Origin: Escherichia coli
GTDB taxonomy: Bacteria; Pseudomonadota; Gammaproteobacteria; Enterobacterales; Enterobacteriaceae
Length of the DNA: 64,000 nt
Direction: 5' to 3' (one strand)
Assembly: GCF_046105845.1 (NCBI RefSeq)
Contig: NZ_CP151004.1
The notes beneath the pieces were generated by a model. It had not been told where the DNA came from, ran no database searches, and was given only the letters and a program-made list of their open reading frames with translations. Shown here piece after piece: positions 46,053-58,485 of the stretch. Both the position numbers and the translations under genes were made by a program. Each line of letters opens with the position of its first letter. Position 1 is the first letter of the stretch.

Positions 46053-48158
46053 TTAGTGCGCGCCTTTCGCCTGCGCCACGATCTCTTCGACATTTTCCGG
46101 CATCGGCTCATACGGCGTTTCTTTCGCCGTTGGCTTCGGCTCTTTCAATGCCGCCAGTGCAGTCTTAATCGAGAACAGCGCCAGAACCACCACGACCACC
46201 ATAAAGAAGATGGTTAACCCGGCATCCAGACGGTTGTTGAACACCAGTTGCGCCAGTTGTGACTCAGTATACTGCGACGGAATATTGCCGCTGTCGATCA
46301 TTGCCTGGAACTTGTTAGCAATCGCCAGGAAGCCGACCTTCGCATCCGGGCTAAACGCTTTCTGCCAGCCAGCGGTCAGAGTACAAATCAGCAGCCAGGC
46401 CGTTGGTACCAGCGCCACCCAGGCGTAACGTTGACGTTTCATTTTGAACAGCACCACAGCACAGAGCATCAGCGCCATCCCTGCCAGCATCTGGTTGGCA
46501 ATACCAAACAGCGGCCACAAGGTGTTAATACCGCCCAGCGGATCGACCACGCCCTGATGCAGGAAGTAGCCCCACGCCAGCACGCACAGCGCCGTTGCCA
46601 GCAGGTTAGCAGGCAGTGAATCGGTCCTTTTCAGGCCCGGAGACACCACGCCCAGCAGATCCTGCAACATAAAGCGCGCAGCACGCGTACCTGCATCCAC
46701 CGCCGTCAGAATAAACAGTGCTTCAAACAGAATGGCGAAGTGATACCAGAACGCCACATCCATCATGCCGCCCAGCGCACCGTGCAGAATGTAGGCCATC
46801 CCCACCGCCAGGGTCGGCGCACCGCCCGCACGGGAAATGATCGACTGTTCACCCACTTCGCTGGCAATCTGGTTGAGCGTATCTGGTGTAATGCTAAATC
46901 CCCAGCTACTCACCACTTGCGCTGCAGAAGCGACCACATCCGCCGTCCCTGCCGGAGCCAGCACCGCCATCGGGCTGTTCATAGCGAAGTACACACCCGG
47001 ATCGATGATACAGGCGGAAACCAGCGCCATAATCGCTACGAAGGATTCCATTAACATCCCGCCGTAGCCGATAAAACACGCCTGCCCTTCGTTCGCCAGC
47101 ATCTTCGGCGTGGTACCGGAAGAGATCAGCGCATGGAAGCCAGACACCGCGCCACAAGCGATGGTGATAAACAGGAACGGGAACAGGTTACCGGTCCATA
47201 CCGGGCCAGTGCCATCAACAAATTTGGTCAGCGCAGGCATGGTCAGCGTCGGGCGCATGATCAGAATGCCTACCGCCAGACCGACGATAGTCCCGATTTT
47301 CAAGAAGGTTGAGAGGTAGTCACGCGGGGCCAGCAGCAACCACACCGGCAGCACCGCCGCCACGAAGCCGTAACCCACCAGCATCCAGGTCAGCTGCACG
47401 CCGGTAAAGTCAAAGTACGGTGCCCAGGTCGGACTTTCTGCCACCCAGCCGCCAGAGATAATGGCGAAAATCAGGAACACCAGGCCAATCACCGACACTT
47501 CGCCAATACGCCCCGGACGCAGATAACGCAGGTAGATCCCCATAAACAGCGCCAGCGGAATGGTGAACGCAACGGTATACGTTCCCCACGGGCTATGAGT
47601 CAGGGCTTTCACCACGATCATCGCCAGTACTGCAAGGATAATGACCATGATCATAAAGCAGGCCACCAGCGCTATCACCCCGGCGGTTGGCCCCATCTCT
47701 TCTTTGACCAACTCACCCAGCGAGCGACCATCGCGGCGCGTAGAAACAAACAGCACCATGAAATCCTGCACCGCACCGGCGAGAACCACCCCGGCGAGCA
47801 GCCAGATCATCCCCGGCAGGTAGCCCATTTGCGCTGCCAGCACCGGCCCAACCAGCGGACCTGCTCCGGCAATGGCCGCAAAATGGTGACCGAACAGCAC
47901 TTTCTTGTCCGTCGGCACATAGTCCAGCCCGTCGTTATGGCGCACCGCTGGCGTCATACGCGTCGGGTCAACCGCCAGCACATTTTTGGCGATATACAGA
48001 CCATAAAAACGGTAAGCGATCAGATAGATACAGACCGACGCCACCACAATCCACAGCGCGTTGATCTGTTCCCCACGATTTAAAGCAATATATCCCAGAG
48101 CAAATGCTCCCATTACAGAGAGCACTGTCCAGACGAGGTATTTCCCTGATTTGTTCAT
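46053..48158 (-). CDS. cstA: Carbon starvation protein A (peptide/pyruvate transporter)
   Basis: 701-aa polytopic membrane protein MNKSGKYLVWTVLSVMGAFALGYIALNRGEQINALWIV... Confidence 0.95.
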   Translation of the reverse strand: MNKSGKYLVWTVLSVMGAFALGYIALNRGEQINALWIVVASVCIYLIAYRFYGLYIAKNVLAVDPTRMTPAVRHNDGLDYVPTDKKVLFGHHFAAIAGAGPLVGPVLAAQMGYLPGMIWLLAGVVLAGAVQDFMVLFVSTRRDGRSLGELVKEEMGPTAGVIALVACFMIMVIILAVLAMIVVKALTHSPWGTYTVAFTIPLALFMGIYLRYLRPGRIGEVSVIGLVFLIFAIISGGWVAESPTWAPYFDFTGVQLTWMLVGYGFVAAVLPVWLLLAPRDYLSTFLKIGTIVGLAVGILIMRPTLTMPALTKFVDGTGPVWTGNLFPFLFITIACGAVSGFHALISSGTTPKMLANEGQACFIGYGGMLMESFVAIMALVSACIIDPGVYFAMNSPMAVLAPAGTADVVASAAQVVSSWGFSITPDTLNQIASEVGEQSIISRAGGAPTLAVGMAYILHGALGGMMDVAFWYHFAILFEALFILTAVDAGTRAARFMLQDLLGVVSPGLKRTDSLPANLLATALCVLAWGYFLHQGVVDPLGGINTLWPLFGIANQMLAGMALMLCAVVLFKMKRQRYAWVALVPTAWLLICTLTAGWQKAFSPDAKVGFLAIANKFQAMIDSGNIPSQYTESQLAQLVFNNRLDAGLTIFFMVVVVVLALFSIKTALAALKEPKPTAKETPYEPMPENVEEIVAQAKGAH

Positions 48159-48338
48159 AGTTGTTATCCGTGTGCGTGTCCATAGAGATGTTACATTTTG
48201 TTTCTATAACATCTTTGTACAATTTAACAACACGGCAACCATGTAAATCGGAGTTGAAACCAATATTTAACTTAACAATGTTAACTCGATCACTCCGTTA
48301 ACCGAGTTTTCCTGCAATCTCATTTAATTCTGTCGGGC

Positions 48339-49500
<1,162 letters not shown>

Positions 49501-49501
<1 letters not shown>

Positions 49502-50361
49502 TATTTCACCTCGCGGGAGAGTAGCTTCCACCAGGCGTCGATGGTCGGGTTTTTCGCCAGCATGACAAAGTCGATATCGCCATGCACTTTGCGCCAGCGC
49601 GCCGCCAGCGCCATCATGCGCACCGAATCCAGACCGTAGTCGATCAGGTTGTCATCATCGAACGGTTCATCGGACTCGTCCAGCAACGGCAGGATCACCT
49701 CACGCAGCGCCGCTTTGCTGGCGGGGATAGGTGCTGCTGGCAGCAATTCTTCGGTCATCACCACCCGGCCAGAACGTCCGGCCACATATTTCAGCGACAT
49801 CAAATGCTCGTCACGGCTGAAATCGGCCAGCGCATCTGCCACCATAAACGGTTTAATATCGCGCATAAATGCGTCCGTTGCGGTGGTCATACAGCCAATG
49901 TGGGCATATACCCCGGTAATAATCAGCTGGTTACGTCCACTCTCTTTGAGCATTTGCTCCAGCGGGGAACGATGAAACGCGCTGTAGCGCCACTTCACCA
50001 GCACCGTGTCGTCGGCATCTGGCGTCAGGCGATCCACCACCTTTTGCTGTTCCGGCGAACGGGTCAGGCCTGGCCCCCACATATCATTCAACAGCGCCCG
50101 ATCTTCATCGCTCTGCTCTTTCGGCTGGGCGGTGTAATAAACCGGGATATTGTGCTGTTTGCAGTAGTCGCGTAGTGCCGCAATATTCGCGATCACCTGC
50201 TCCATCATCGGGCAGTTCTCGCCCCAGAAGCTGACAAAATAGTCCTGCATATCATGGATTAACAACGCGGCATGTTGCGGTTCAAAGGCCCAGTCGACTT
50301 TATTCTGCGGAATATCGTGAGACTCCGGCAGTGCGTAAGCCTGTAATTTTGGAATAGCCAT
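49501..50361 (-). CDS. entB: Isochorismatase / aryl carrier protein EntB
   Basis: ORF MAIPKLQAYALPESHDIPQNK...; C-terminal carrier domain with LGLDSV phosphopantetheine site. Confidence 0.95.
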
Positions 50362-50374
50362 CGTGTTCTCTCCT

Positions 50375-51985
50375 TCAGGCTGATGCGCGTGACGCCAGCC
50401 ACTGACGTAATTGTTTTTTATCGACTTTCCCGACCGCCGTCAGCGGAAGTGAATCCACACACTCCACGCGATCCGGTAATTTAAATTCGGCAATACCCTG
50501 TTCACGCAGGAAACGACGCACCTGCACCGCGCGCAGCGGCTCTTTTACCACCAGATAAGCACAGCTTTTTTCGCCCATCAGCTCATCTTCCATGCTCACC
50601 AGTGCGGCGTAGATCACCGCCGGATGGCGCAGTAACAGGTTTTCGATCTCTTCGGCAGCGATCTTCTCGCCGCCACGGTTAATCTGATCTTTCTCGCGCC
50701 CCTGCACGGTGATGTAACCCTCTGGATCAATAGAGATCAGATCGCCAGAACAGTAAAAACCGTTGGCATCAAAGGCGCTGGCATTGTGCTGCGGGCTTTT
50801 GTAATAGCCGCGGAAGGTGTACGGACCGCGCGTCATCAGGCGTCCGACTTCCCCTTGCGGCAGTGGATTTCCTTCGGCATCGGCAACCCACACTTCATCG
50901 TCCGGACACATTGGATAGCCCTGGGTATGGATTATTTTCTCCGCGCTATCATCAAGTCGGGTGTAGTTCACCAGTCCTTCCGCCATGCCGAATACCTGCT
51001 GTAACTGGCAGCCAATCTCTGCGGGAATACGCGCCGCAAGCGTGGCAGAAAGACGTGCACCACCGACCTGTAACAGTTTCAGCGAGGCAAGCTGCGCCCG
51101 GCTTTCTCCTTCGGTCAGCGCCTGTAACCACAGGCTGACTGCGGGTGGCACCAGCGCGGTGACGTTCACCTGATGTTTTTCAATCAATGGGAAGCAGAGC
51201 GTGGCGCTGGGGTCGGCAGCCAGAACGACAGTGCCGCCAGCGAGAAATACTCCCAGCGATCCTGGCGAACTCATGGCGTAGTTATGAGCCGCCGGGATCG
51301 CGCACAGGTAGCGTGTCTGTTGTGTGAACTGACAAATCTCGACGCTACGACGCACGCTGTAGTAGTAGTCGTTATGAGTGCGCGGGATCAGTTTCGGTGT
51401 GCCGGTGGTGCCGCCGGAAAGCTGGAAATAGGCCACTTCATCAGCAGGTGACGGCGTGGCAGTAAAATCCTCAGCCGGATGGTTAATCGCATCCTGCAAA
51501 TTATGCTCACCGCTGTCGTTGTGCAGTTGCACCACGCGAATGGAGGAATGCTCTGCAACAAATGTATTGAGGAAATCATCCCCGCTAAACAGCGCATGCT
51601 GGCGATCGGCAATCAGTAACGCCGGTTCAATCTGGCTGGCATAGGCGTTCAGTTCACTACGCTGATGGCTGAACAGCGCCAGCACCGGCGCAACGCCCAG
51701 TTTCAGCAGCGCGAAAAAAGTAATGTAAAGTTCAGCGACGTTACCCAGTTGTACCAGCGCAGTTTCACCAGGTTTAATGCCCTGAAGGCGCAAACTACAC
51801 GCGAGGTTATCCGCCGCCTGATTCAGCTCCCGATAACTCAACTGCCGTTCGCCGTCGATGACCGCGATGCTGTCGCTTGCGGCATGACGGGTCAGAATGT
51901 CGGTCAGCGGCAAATCCTGCCAGTAGCCTTTTTCCCGATAGCGACGGGCAAACTCTTCCGGCCAGCGGGTGAATGGAATGCTCAT
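50375..51985 (-). CDS. entE: 2,3-dihydroxybenzoate-AMP ligase
   Basis: 536 aa from [22 protein letters not shown]; adenylation-domain motifs. Confidence 0.95.
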   Translation of the reverse strand: MSIPFTRWPEEFARRYREKGYWQDLPLTDILTRHAASDSIAVIDGERQLSYRELNQAADNLACSLRLQGIKPGETALVQLGNVAELYITFFALLKLGVAPVLALFSHQRSELNAYASQIEPALLIADRQHALFSGDDFLNTFVAEHSSIRVVQLHNDSGEHNLQDAINHPAEDFTATPSPADEVAYFQLSGGTTGTPKLIPRTHNDYYYSVRRSVEICQFTQQTRYLCAIPAAHNYAMSSPGSLGVFLAGGTVVLAADPSATLCFPLIEKHQVNVTALVPPAVSLWLQALTEGESRAQLASLKLLQVGGARLSATLAARIPAEIGCQLQQVFGMAEGLVNYTRLDDSAEKIIHTQGYPMCPDDEVWVADAEGNPLPQGEVGRLMTRGPYTFRGYYKSPQHNASAFDANGFYCSGDLISIDPEGYITVQGREKDQINRGGEKIAAEEIENLLLRHPAVIYAALVSMEDELMGEKSCAYLVVKEPLRAVQVRRFLREQGIAEFKLPDRVECVDSLPLTAVGKVDKKQLRQWLASRASA

Positions 51986-51994
51986 CCTCACTCC

Positions 51995-53170
51995 TTAATG
52001 CAATCCAAAAACGTTCAACATGGTAGAAAGTTTGACGCCCGTTTCGCGCCACTCACCCAACGGTGACGACGCAGGCACAATCCCCGCTCCGGCAAACAGA
52101 CGCACCTGATTTTCCCGCAGCTTCGCGCAGCGGATGGTCACCACCCATTCACCGTTACCTTCGCTGTCACACCAACCCACAATGCCGCCAAACAGTTCGC
52201 GGTCGAACGGCTCCAGTTCAGCAATAACCTGAGTCGCGGCCTGATGCGGGAAACCGCTCAGCGCGGGGGTCGGATGCAGCAGACAGGCCAGAGTCAGTGC
52301 GTTTTCTTGCGAATTCGCTTTACCTTCAAAGGGAGTTGCGAGATGCCACAGCGTCGGCGTGGTGATCAGTTGTGGAGAAGAAGGAACGTGTAACTCACTA
52401 CTGCGTTCGCGCAATACCTCTTTCATCGCCTGAGTCACCAGTTCATGTTCATGGCGATCTTTTTCTGACGCCAACAGACGATTACCCGCTTCGCGATCGA
52501 GCACTTCATCCGGCTGACGACGCGCGGAACCGGCTAACGGAATGGAGCTAAAACGCTCGCCGTCTTTACGTAGCAGCAGTTCCGGGCTGGCCCCCAGCAG
52601 AACGCCACCATCAGCCAGCGGGACATGGAAGTTGTAACTAACCGGGTTTTGCGCAATCAACCGTTCCAGCAATACGCCACTATCAATGGCGGCGTCAGTG
52701 GTGATATCAATCAACCGTGACAACACCACTTTGTCGACCTGCGGCGTGGCGGTAAGTGCGGCGGCGCGAGCAACCATCTGTTCAAACGTGGCTTGTTCCG
52801 GAATTGCCTGGCGTTCCACCACGTTCAGCGACTGGCTGCGGGTAAAACGGCGGGCTGAAGATTGTTTTTCCTGGCGGGAGAACGACTGCCAGGATTCAGG
52901 AATATACAGCGATGAAGGCTGACGTGGATCGAAGGGAATCGCCCCGACCATCACCGGATTTTTGATGCCCTGCGCTTTGGCATCGGCAAACAGCGCGGCG
53001 AGTTTTTGCTGGAAGGGACTGTCGGGTGAATCCCCGTTCACAGCGGGTTCATCGAAGCGGGCGAAACATCCTGACGTCGTAAAACTGCGGTACGGCGACA
53101 TAAAGAAAAAGCGATTGGGCGCAAGTGTTGCCATGGTCTGCTGTACTTCCTCAGCCAGTGACGTATCCAT
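51995..53170 (-). CDS. entC: Isochorismate synthase
   Basis: 391 aa from [27 protein letters not shown]. Confidence 0.95.
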   Translation of the reverse strand: MDTSLAEEVQQTMATLAPNRFFFMSPYRSFTTSGCFARFDEPAVNGDSPDSPFQQKLAALFADAKAQGIKNPVMVGAIPFDPRQPSSLYIPESWQSFSRQEKQSSARRFTRSQSLNVVERQAIPEQATFEQMVARAAALTATPQVDKVVLSRLIDITTDAAIDSGVLLERLIAQNPVSYNFHVPLADGGVLLGASPELLLRKDGERFSSIPLAGSARRQPDEVLDREAGNRLLASEKDRHEHELVTQAMKEVLRERSSELHVPSSPQLITTPTLWHLATPFEGKANSQENALTLACLLHPTPALSGFPHQAATQVIAELEPFDRELFGGIVGWCDSEGNGEWVVTIRCAKLRENQVRLFAGAGIVPASSPLGEWRETGVKLSTMLNVFGLH

Positions 53171-53195
53171 ATCATCCTCCACAAAATGATAAAGG

Positions 53196-53216
53196 CTTTA
53201 ATAATGATTATCATTT
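53196..53216. promoter_or_regulatory. Fur box in the divergent entC/fepB promoter region
   Basis: TAATAATGATTATCATTTA closely matches Fur consensus GATAATGATAATCATTATC; a weaker second match lies at about 53315-53335. Confidence 0.6.
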
Positions 53217-53358
53217 ATATTTTCGGTCGCTAACCTAAAAGCAAACGCGCACTATGTCAACTCTTGAGGTAACGCAATCTGCAACTCGGGGTTGCATCTG
53301 GTTGTGGTTACAATGAAAATGAGAAGCATTAACTTCATTAATAACAGGAAGCTGATTT

Positions 53359-54315
53359 GTGAGACTCGCCTCGCTCTACCGCAACGCCCTTCTATTAACA
53401 GGACTTTTGCTTTCAGGAATAGTCGCAGTTCAGGCCGCCGACTGGCCGCGTCAGATTACTGACAGCCGTGGCACTCATTCCCTGGAAAGCCAGCCGCAGC
53501 GTATTGTTTCCACCAGCGTCACCCTGACCGGCTCACTGCTGGCGATTGATGCTCCGGTGATTGCCAGCGGCGCGACCACGCCAAATAACCGCGTCGCGGA
53601 TGACCAGGGCTTTTTACGCCAGTGGAGCAAGGTGGCGAAAGAACGCAAACTGCAACGGCTCTATATCGGCGAACCGAGCGCCGAAGCGGTGGCCGCGCAA
53701 ATGCCGGATCTGATTTTAATCAGCGCAACCGGCGGCGATTCGGCGCTGGCGCTGTACGATCAGCTTTCCACCATCGCCCCGACATTAATCATCAATTACG
53801 ACGACAAAAGCTGGCAGTCGCTGTTAACGCAACTTGGCGAAATTACCGGGCATGAGAAACAAGCGGCAGAGCGGATTGCGCAGTTTGATAAGCAACTGGC
53901 GGCGGCGAAAGAGCAAATCAAATTACCGCCGCAGCCGGTCACGGCCATTGTCTATACCGCCGCTGCACACAGTGCCAATCTCTGGACGCCTGAATCAGCA
54001 CAAGGGCAGATGCTGGAACAACTCGGCTTTACGCTGGCGAAGTTGCCAGAAGGGTTAAACGCCAGCCAAAGCCAGGGCAAACGCCATGACATCATTCAGC
54101 TTGGTGGGGAAAATCTGGCGACGGGATTAAATGGCGAGTCACTATTCCTGTTCGCCGGTGATCAGAAAGACGCCGATGCGATTTATGCCAATCCACTGCT
54201 CGCGCACCTGCCTGCAGTACAAAACAAGCAGGTTTATGCGCTGGGAACCGAGACGTTCCGACTGGATTACTACAGCGCCATGCAAGTGCTGGAACGACTT
54301 AAGGCGCTGTTTTAA
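53359..54315 (+). CDS. fepB: Ferric enterobactin periplasmic binding protein
   Basis: 318 aa, GTG start, signal peptide. Confidence 0.93.
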   Translation: MRLASLYRNALLLTGLLLSGIVAVQAADWPRQITDSRGTHSLESQPQRIVSTSVTLTGSLLAIDAPVIASGATTPNNRVADDQGFLRQWSKVAKERKLQRLYIGEPSAEAVAAQMPDLILISATGGDSALALYDQLSTIAPTLIINYDDKSWQSLLTQLGEITGHEKQAAERIAQFDKQLAAAKEQIKLPPQPVTAIVYTAAAHSANLWTPESAQGQMLEQLGFTLAKLPEGLNASQSQGKRHDIIQLGGENLATGLNGESLFLFAGDQKDADAIYANPLLAHLPAVQNKQVYALGTETFRLDYYSAMQVLERLKALF

Positions 54316-54318
54316 GCA

Positions 54319-55569
54319 TTAACTGTCGGACGCTGTCACCTGCGGCGGCGTCTGGCGAAAACGCCGCAACTCCACCAGCACCAGCAACAACAACACGCCG
54401 ATAATCAACAAACCAAAACCGCTCGCGCTTGCGGAAGCAACCGGTGTCATCATCGCTCCCAGACCGCCTAACAGCGCCGCGCCTATGGCATCGCCCGTCA
54501 CGTTTTGCGCCGTCCACAAACCGTTAATCCGCCCTAACATCGCTTCCGGGGTTTGCGTTTGCAGCATTGTGTATTGCAGCAACGAACTAACCGCGCTCAG
54601 CCAGCCGAACAGTGCCAGGCAAACCACGCCTAAAATCCACATCGGCATCAGGCCAAACAGACCAATGGCGAGGAACGATCCCAGCGTGGAGAGCAGCATC
54701 AATAACCCTGGTCGCGCGCTATGTGCCAGCTTCCCGCTGGTTAACGCGCCAATAGCCGCGCCGAGCGGGATCGCCGCATAGAGAAAACCAATCTGTGCCG
54801 CCGACATCTGCCAGTTGTCAGCCAGCGCCGGATACAGTACCCGCACCGCGCTCGCCATCGTCAATAAACCACCCAACAGCGCAATCCCTCCTACCAGCGG
54901 GCTGGCGAGCAGAAAACGAAATCCTGCCAGTAATGATTTCAACGGATGCTCACGCGGCTGAGGTGGCGGTGGCAACGCCGGAAGGCTTAATAACGGCAGC
55001 AAGGTAATAAACGTGCCCGCCGCCGCCAGCCCGTAGTTCCAGGCTACGCCGCCGGTCGCCAGCAATAAACCGCCAATCATGGGCGAAATCACCGACCCCA
55101 GGCGCACGGTCAACATGGTGATCGCCCCGGCCTGCATTAAGTTTTCACGCCCTACCAGTGCAGGTGTCGCCGCCAGTAGCGCCGTAACGCCAAGCGATGC
55201 GAAAAAACCATCCCATAATCCGAGTAAATAGATTGCCAGCAAAGATGGCTCCGGCAGCAGCGCGTTCAGGCACAGTCCAATGAAGCCAATGCCACAGGTG
55301 CCGCGCGCCAGCAAAATCACTTTTTTGCGCTCATAGCGATCCGCCAGCACACCGCCGACCATCAGGCCAACAAACATCGCGCCGCCGGTCAGCGTCACCG
55401 AAAGCCCCACCTGCCAGGTAGAATGCGTCATCATCTGGATCTGCACCGGCACCGCGACGCCGAGCAAACCCAGAGACACAATTGAGATAAAACGAGCGAG
55501 GAATACTGCGCGAAACGCCGGGTGCGTTTTCAACAGGCTGAGGTTAAGCAGCCAGGATTGTTTATTCAT
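54319..55569 (-). CDS. entS: Enterobactin exporter (MFS)
   Basis: 416-aa MFS membrane protein; tail-to-tail with fepB with a 3-bp gap. Confidence 0.93.
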
Positions 55570-55642
55570 TACAATGCCTTGCCATCAAATATTTTAAATA
55601 CCTATTCTTAGGCTGCACATGCTAACATATCCAAATAAGATC

Positions 55643-55670
55643 GATAACGATAATTAATTTCATTATCATG
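55643..55670. promoter_or_regulatory. Fur box(es) in the divergent entS/fepD promoter region
   Basis: GATAACGATAATTAATTTCATTATCATG contains overlapping Fur-box hexamer repeats. Confidence 0.65.
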
Positions 55671-55679
55671 GAAGTTCGT

Positions 55680-56684
55680 ATGTCTGGTTCTGTTGCCGTG
55701 ACACGCGCCATTGCCGTGCCCGGATTGCTGTTATTACTGATTATCGCGACGGCATTAAGCCTGCTCATTGGGGCAAAATCACTCCCCGCTTCCGTAGTGC
55801 TGGAGGCGCTCTCCGGCACCTGCCAGAGCGCCGACTGCACCATTGTGCTCGACGCCCGTCTGCCGCGCACCCTTGCCGGTTTACTGGCAGGCGGTGCGCT
55901 TGGGCTTGCCGGGGCGCTGATGCAAACCCTCACCCGAAACCCACTTGCCGACCCCGGCTTGCTTGGTGTGAACGCCGGAGCCAGCTTTGCCATTGTGCTG
56001 GGTGCGGCGCTGTTTGGTTACTCATCCGCGCAGGAACAACTGGCGATGGCCTTCGCCGGGGCGCTGGTGGCCTCATTGATTGTTGCCTTTACCGGCAGTC
56101 AGGGCGGAGGGCAGTTAAGTCCGGTGCGTTTAACCCTGGCGGGCGTGGCGCTGGCGGCGGTGCTGGAAGGGCTGACCAGCGGCATCGCCCTGCTTAATCC
56201 TGACGTCTACGATCAACTGCGTTTCTGGCAAGCCGGTTCGCTGGATATTCGTAATTTACACACCTTAAAAGTAGTGCTGATCCCGGTGCTGATCGCCGGA
56301 GTAACCGCGCTATTACTGAGCCGCGCACTGAACAGTTTAAGCCTTGGCAGTGACACCGCGACGGCGCTGGGCAGTCGCGTGGCGCGCACACAGTTGATTG
56401 GTCTGCTGGCGATTACCGTGCTTTGCGGTAGTGCAACGGCGGTAGTTGGCCCGATTGCCTTTATTGGCCTGATGATGCCGCACATGGCGCGCTGGCTGGT
56501 AGGTGCCGATCATCGCTGGTCGCTGCCCGTCACGCTACTTGCCACCCCTGCCCTGCTGCTGTTTGCCGATATCATCGGGCGGGTGATTGTGCCCGGCGAG
56601 TTGCGCGTTTCTGTGGTCAGTGCCTTTATTGGCGCACCGGTGCTGATCTTCCTCGTGCGACGTAAAACGCGAGGTGGCGCATGA
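55680..56684 (+). CDS. fepD: Ferric enterobactin ABC transporter permease
   Basis: 334 aa from MSGSVAVTRAIAVPGLLLLL. Confidence 0.93.
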   Translation: MSGSVAVTRAIAVPGLLLLLIIATALSLLIGAKSLPASVVLEALSGTCQSADCTIVLDARLPRTLAGLLAGGALGLAGALMQTLTRNPLADPGLLGVNAGASFAIVLGAALFGYSSAQEQLAMAFAGALVASLIVAFTGSQGGGQLSPVRLTLAGVALAAVLEGLTSGIALLNPDVYDQLRFWQAGSLDIRNLHTLKVVLIPVLIAGVTALLLSRALNSLSLGSDTATALGSRVARTQLIGLLAITVLCGSATAVVGPIAFIGLMMPHMARWLVGADHRWSLPVTLLATPALLLFADIIGRVIVPGELRVSVVSAFIGAPVLIFLVRRKTRGGA

Positions 56685-57673
56685 TTTACGTCTCTCGCCG
56701 ATTAATCATCACCTGTTTGCTGCTAATTACCGCCTGTGTGGTTGCAGGTATCTGGGGATTACGCAGCGGTACCGTCACGCTGGAAACCTCGCAGATATTC
56801 GCCGCGTTGATGGGCGATGCGCCGCGCAGTATGACGATGGTGGTCACCGAATGGCGTTTACCACGCGTGCTGATGGCGCTGTTAATTGGCGCGGCTCTGG
56901 GCGTCAGTGGCGCGATTTTTCAGTCGCTGATGCGTAACCCACTCGGCAGTCCTGACGTAATGGGCTTTAACACCGGGGCGTGGAGCGGCGTGCTGGTGGC
57001 GATGGTGCTGTTTGGTCAGGACCTGACGGCTATCGCCCTAGCAGCAATGGCGGGCGGCATTGTCACCTCGCTGCTGGTCTGGCTGCTCGCATGGCGTAAC
57101 GGCATCGACACCTTTCGGTTGATTATTATCGGTATCGGTGTTCGCGCCATGCTGGTGGCCTTTAATACCTGGCTGTTGCTGAAAGCGTCTTTAGAAACGG
57201 CACTAACAGCGGGTTTGTGGAATGCCGGATCGCTCAACGGCCTGACGTGGGCAAAAACCTCGCCTTCCGCACCCATCATTATATTGATGCTAATTGCCGC
57301 CGCCTTACTGGTACGCCGGATGCGCTTGCTGGAAATGGGCGATGATACCGCGTGTGCGCTGGGCGTCAGCGTCGAACGTTCGCGGCTATTAATGATGCTG
57401 GTCGCCGTAGTGCTTACCGCAGCTGCCACTGCCCTGGCGGGGCCGATTTCCTTTATTGCTTTAGTCGCGCCACACATTGCCCGGCGCATTAGCGGCACCG
57501 CTCGCTGGGGGCTGACCCAGGCGGCGCTGTGCGGGGCGTTGTTACTGCTGGCGGCCGATCTCTGCGCCCAACAACTGTTTATGCCGTATCAACTTCCGGT
57601 TGGCGTCGTTACCGTCAGCCTCGGCGGTATTTACCTTATCGTCTTGTTAATTCAGGAGTCTCGCAAAAAATGA
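56681..57673 (+). CDS. fepG: Ferric enterobactin ABC transporter permease
   Basis: 330 aa; start overlaps fepD stop. Confidence 0.95.
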   Translation: MIYVSRRLIITCLLLITACVVAGIWGLRSGTVTLETSQIFAALMGDAPRSMTMVVTEWRLPRVLMALLIGAALGVSGAIFQSLMRNPLGSPDVMGFNTGAWSGVLVAMVLFGQDLTAIALAAMAGGIVTSLLVWLLAWRNGIDTFRLIIIGIGVRAMLVAFNTWLLLKASLETALTAGLWNAGSLNGLTWAKTSPSAPIIILMLIAAALLVRRMRLLEMGDDTACALGVSVERSRLLMMLVAVVLTAAATALAGPISFIALVAPHIARRISGTARWGLTQAALCGALLLLAADLCAQQLFMPYQLPVGVVTVSLGGIYLIVLLIQESRKK

Positions 57674-58485
57674 CCGAATCAGTAGCCCGTTTGCGTGGCG
57701 AACAGTTAACCCTCGGATATGGCAAATATACCGTTGCGGAAAATCTGACTGTAGAAATTCCTGATGGTCACTTCACGGCAATTATCGGGCCAAATGGCTG
57801 CGGTAAATCCACGTTACTGCGTACCTTAAGCCGCCTGATGACGCCTGCTCACGGGCATGTCTGGCTGGATGGCGAGCACATTCAACATTACGCCAGTAAA
57901 GAGGTTGCACGCCGGATTGGCCTGTTGGCGCAAAACGCCACAACGCCGGGAGATATCACCGTGCAGGAGCTGGTGGCGCGTGGGCGTTACCCGCATCAAC
58001 CGCTGTTTACCCGCTGGCGCAAAGAAGATGAAGAAGCGGTAACGAAAGCGATGCAGGCCACGGGAATCACTCATCTGGCAGATCAAAGCGTGGATACCCT
58101 TTCTGGCGGACAACGCCAGCGAGCGTGGATAGCAATGGTGCTGGCCCAGGAAACGGCAATTATGCTGCTCGATGAACCAACGACCTGGCTGGATATCAGT
58201 CATCAGATTGATCTCCTGGAACTGTTAAGCGAACTGAACCGCGAGAAAGGCTATACCCTGGCGGCGGTGCTGCACGATCTTAATCAGGCCTGTCGTTACG
58301 CCAGCCATTTGATTGCATTGCGGGAAGGGAAAATTGTTGCTCAGGGAGCGCCGAAGGAGATTGTCACTGCTGAATTGATCGAGCGCATTTATGGTCTGCG
58401 CTGCATGATTATTGACGATCCGGTAGCCGGAACTCCGCTCGTGGTGCCGCTCGGACGAACGGCACCTTCAACTGCCAAGATTTAA
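57670..58485 (+). CDS. fepC: Ferric enterobactin ABC transporter ATP-binding protein
   Basis: 271 aa from MTESVARLRGEQ; Walker A GPNGCGKST, LSGGQRQR, Walker B MLLDEPTTWLD; ATGA overlap with fepG. Confidence 0.95.
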   Translation: MTESVARLRGEQLTLGYGKYTVAENLTVEIPDGHFTAIIGPNGCGKSTLLRTLSRLMTPAHGHVWLDGEHIQHYASKEVARRIGLLAQNATTPGDITVQELVARGRYPHQPLFTRWRKEDEEAVTKAMQATGITHLADQSVDTLSGGQRQRAWIAMVLAQETAIMLLDEPTTWLDISHQIDLLELLSELNREKGYTLAAVLHDLNQACRYASHLIALREGKIVAQGAPKEIVTAELIERIYGLRCMIIDDPVAGTPLVVPLGRTAPSTAKI

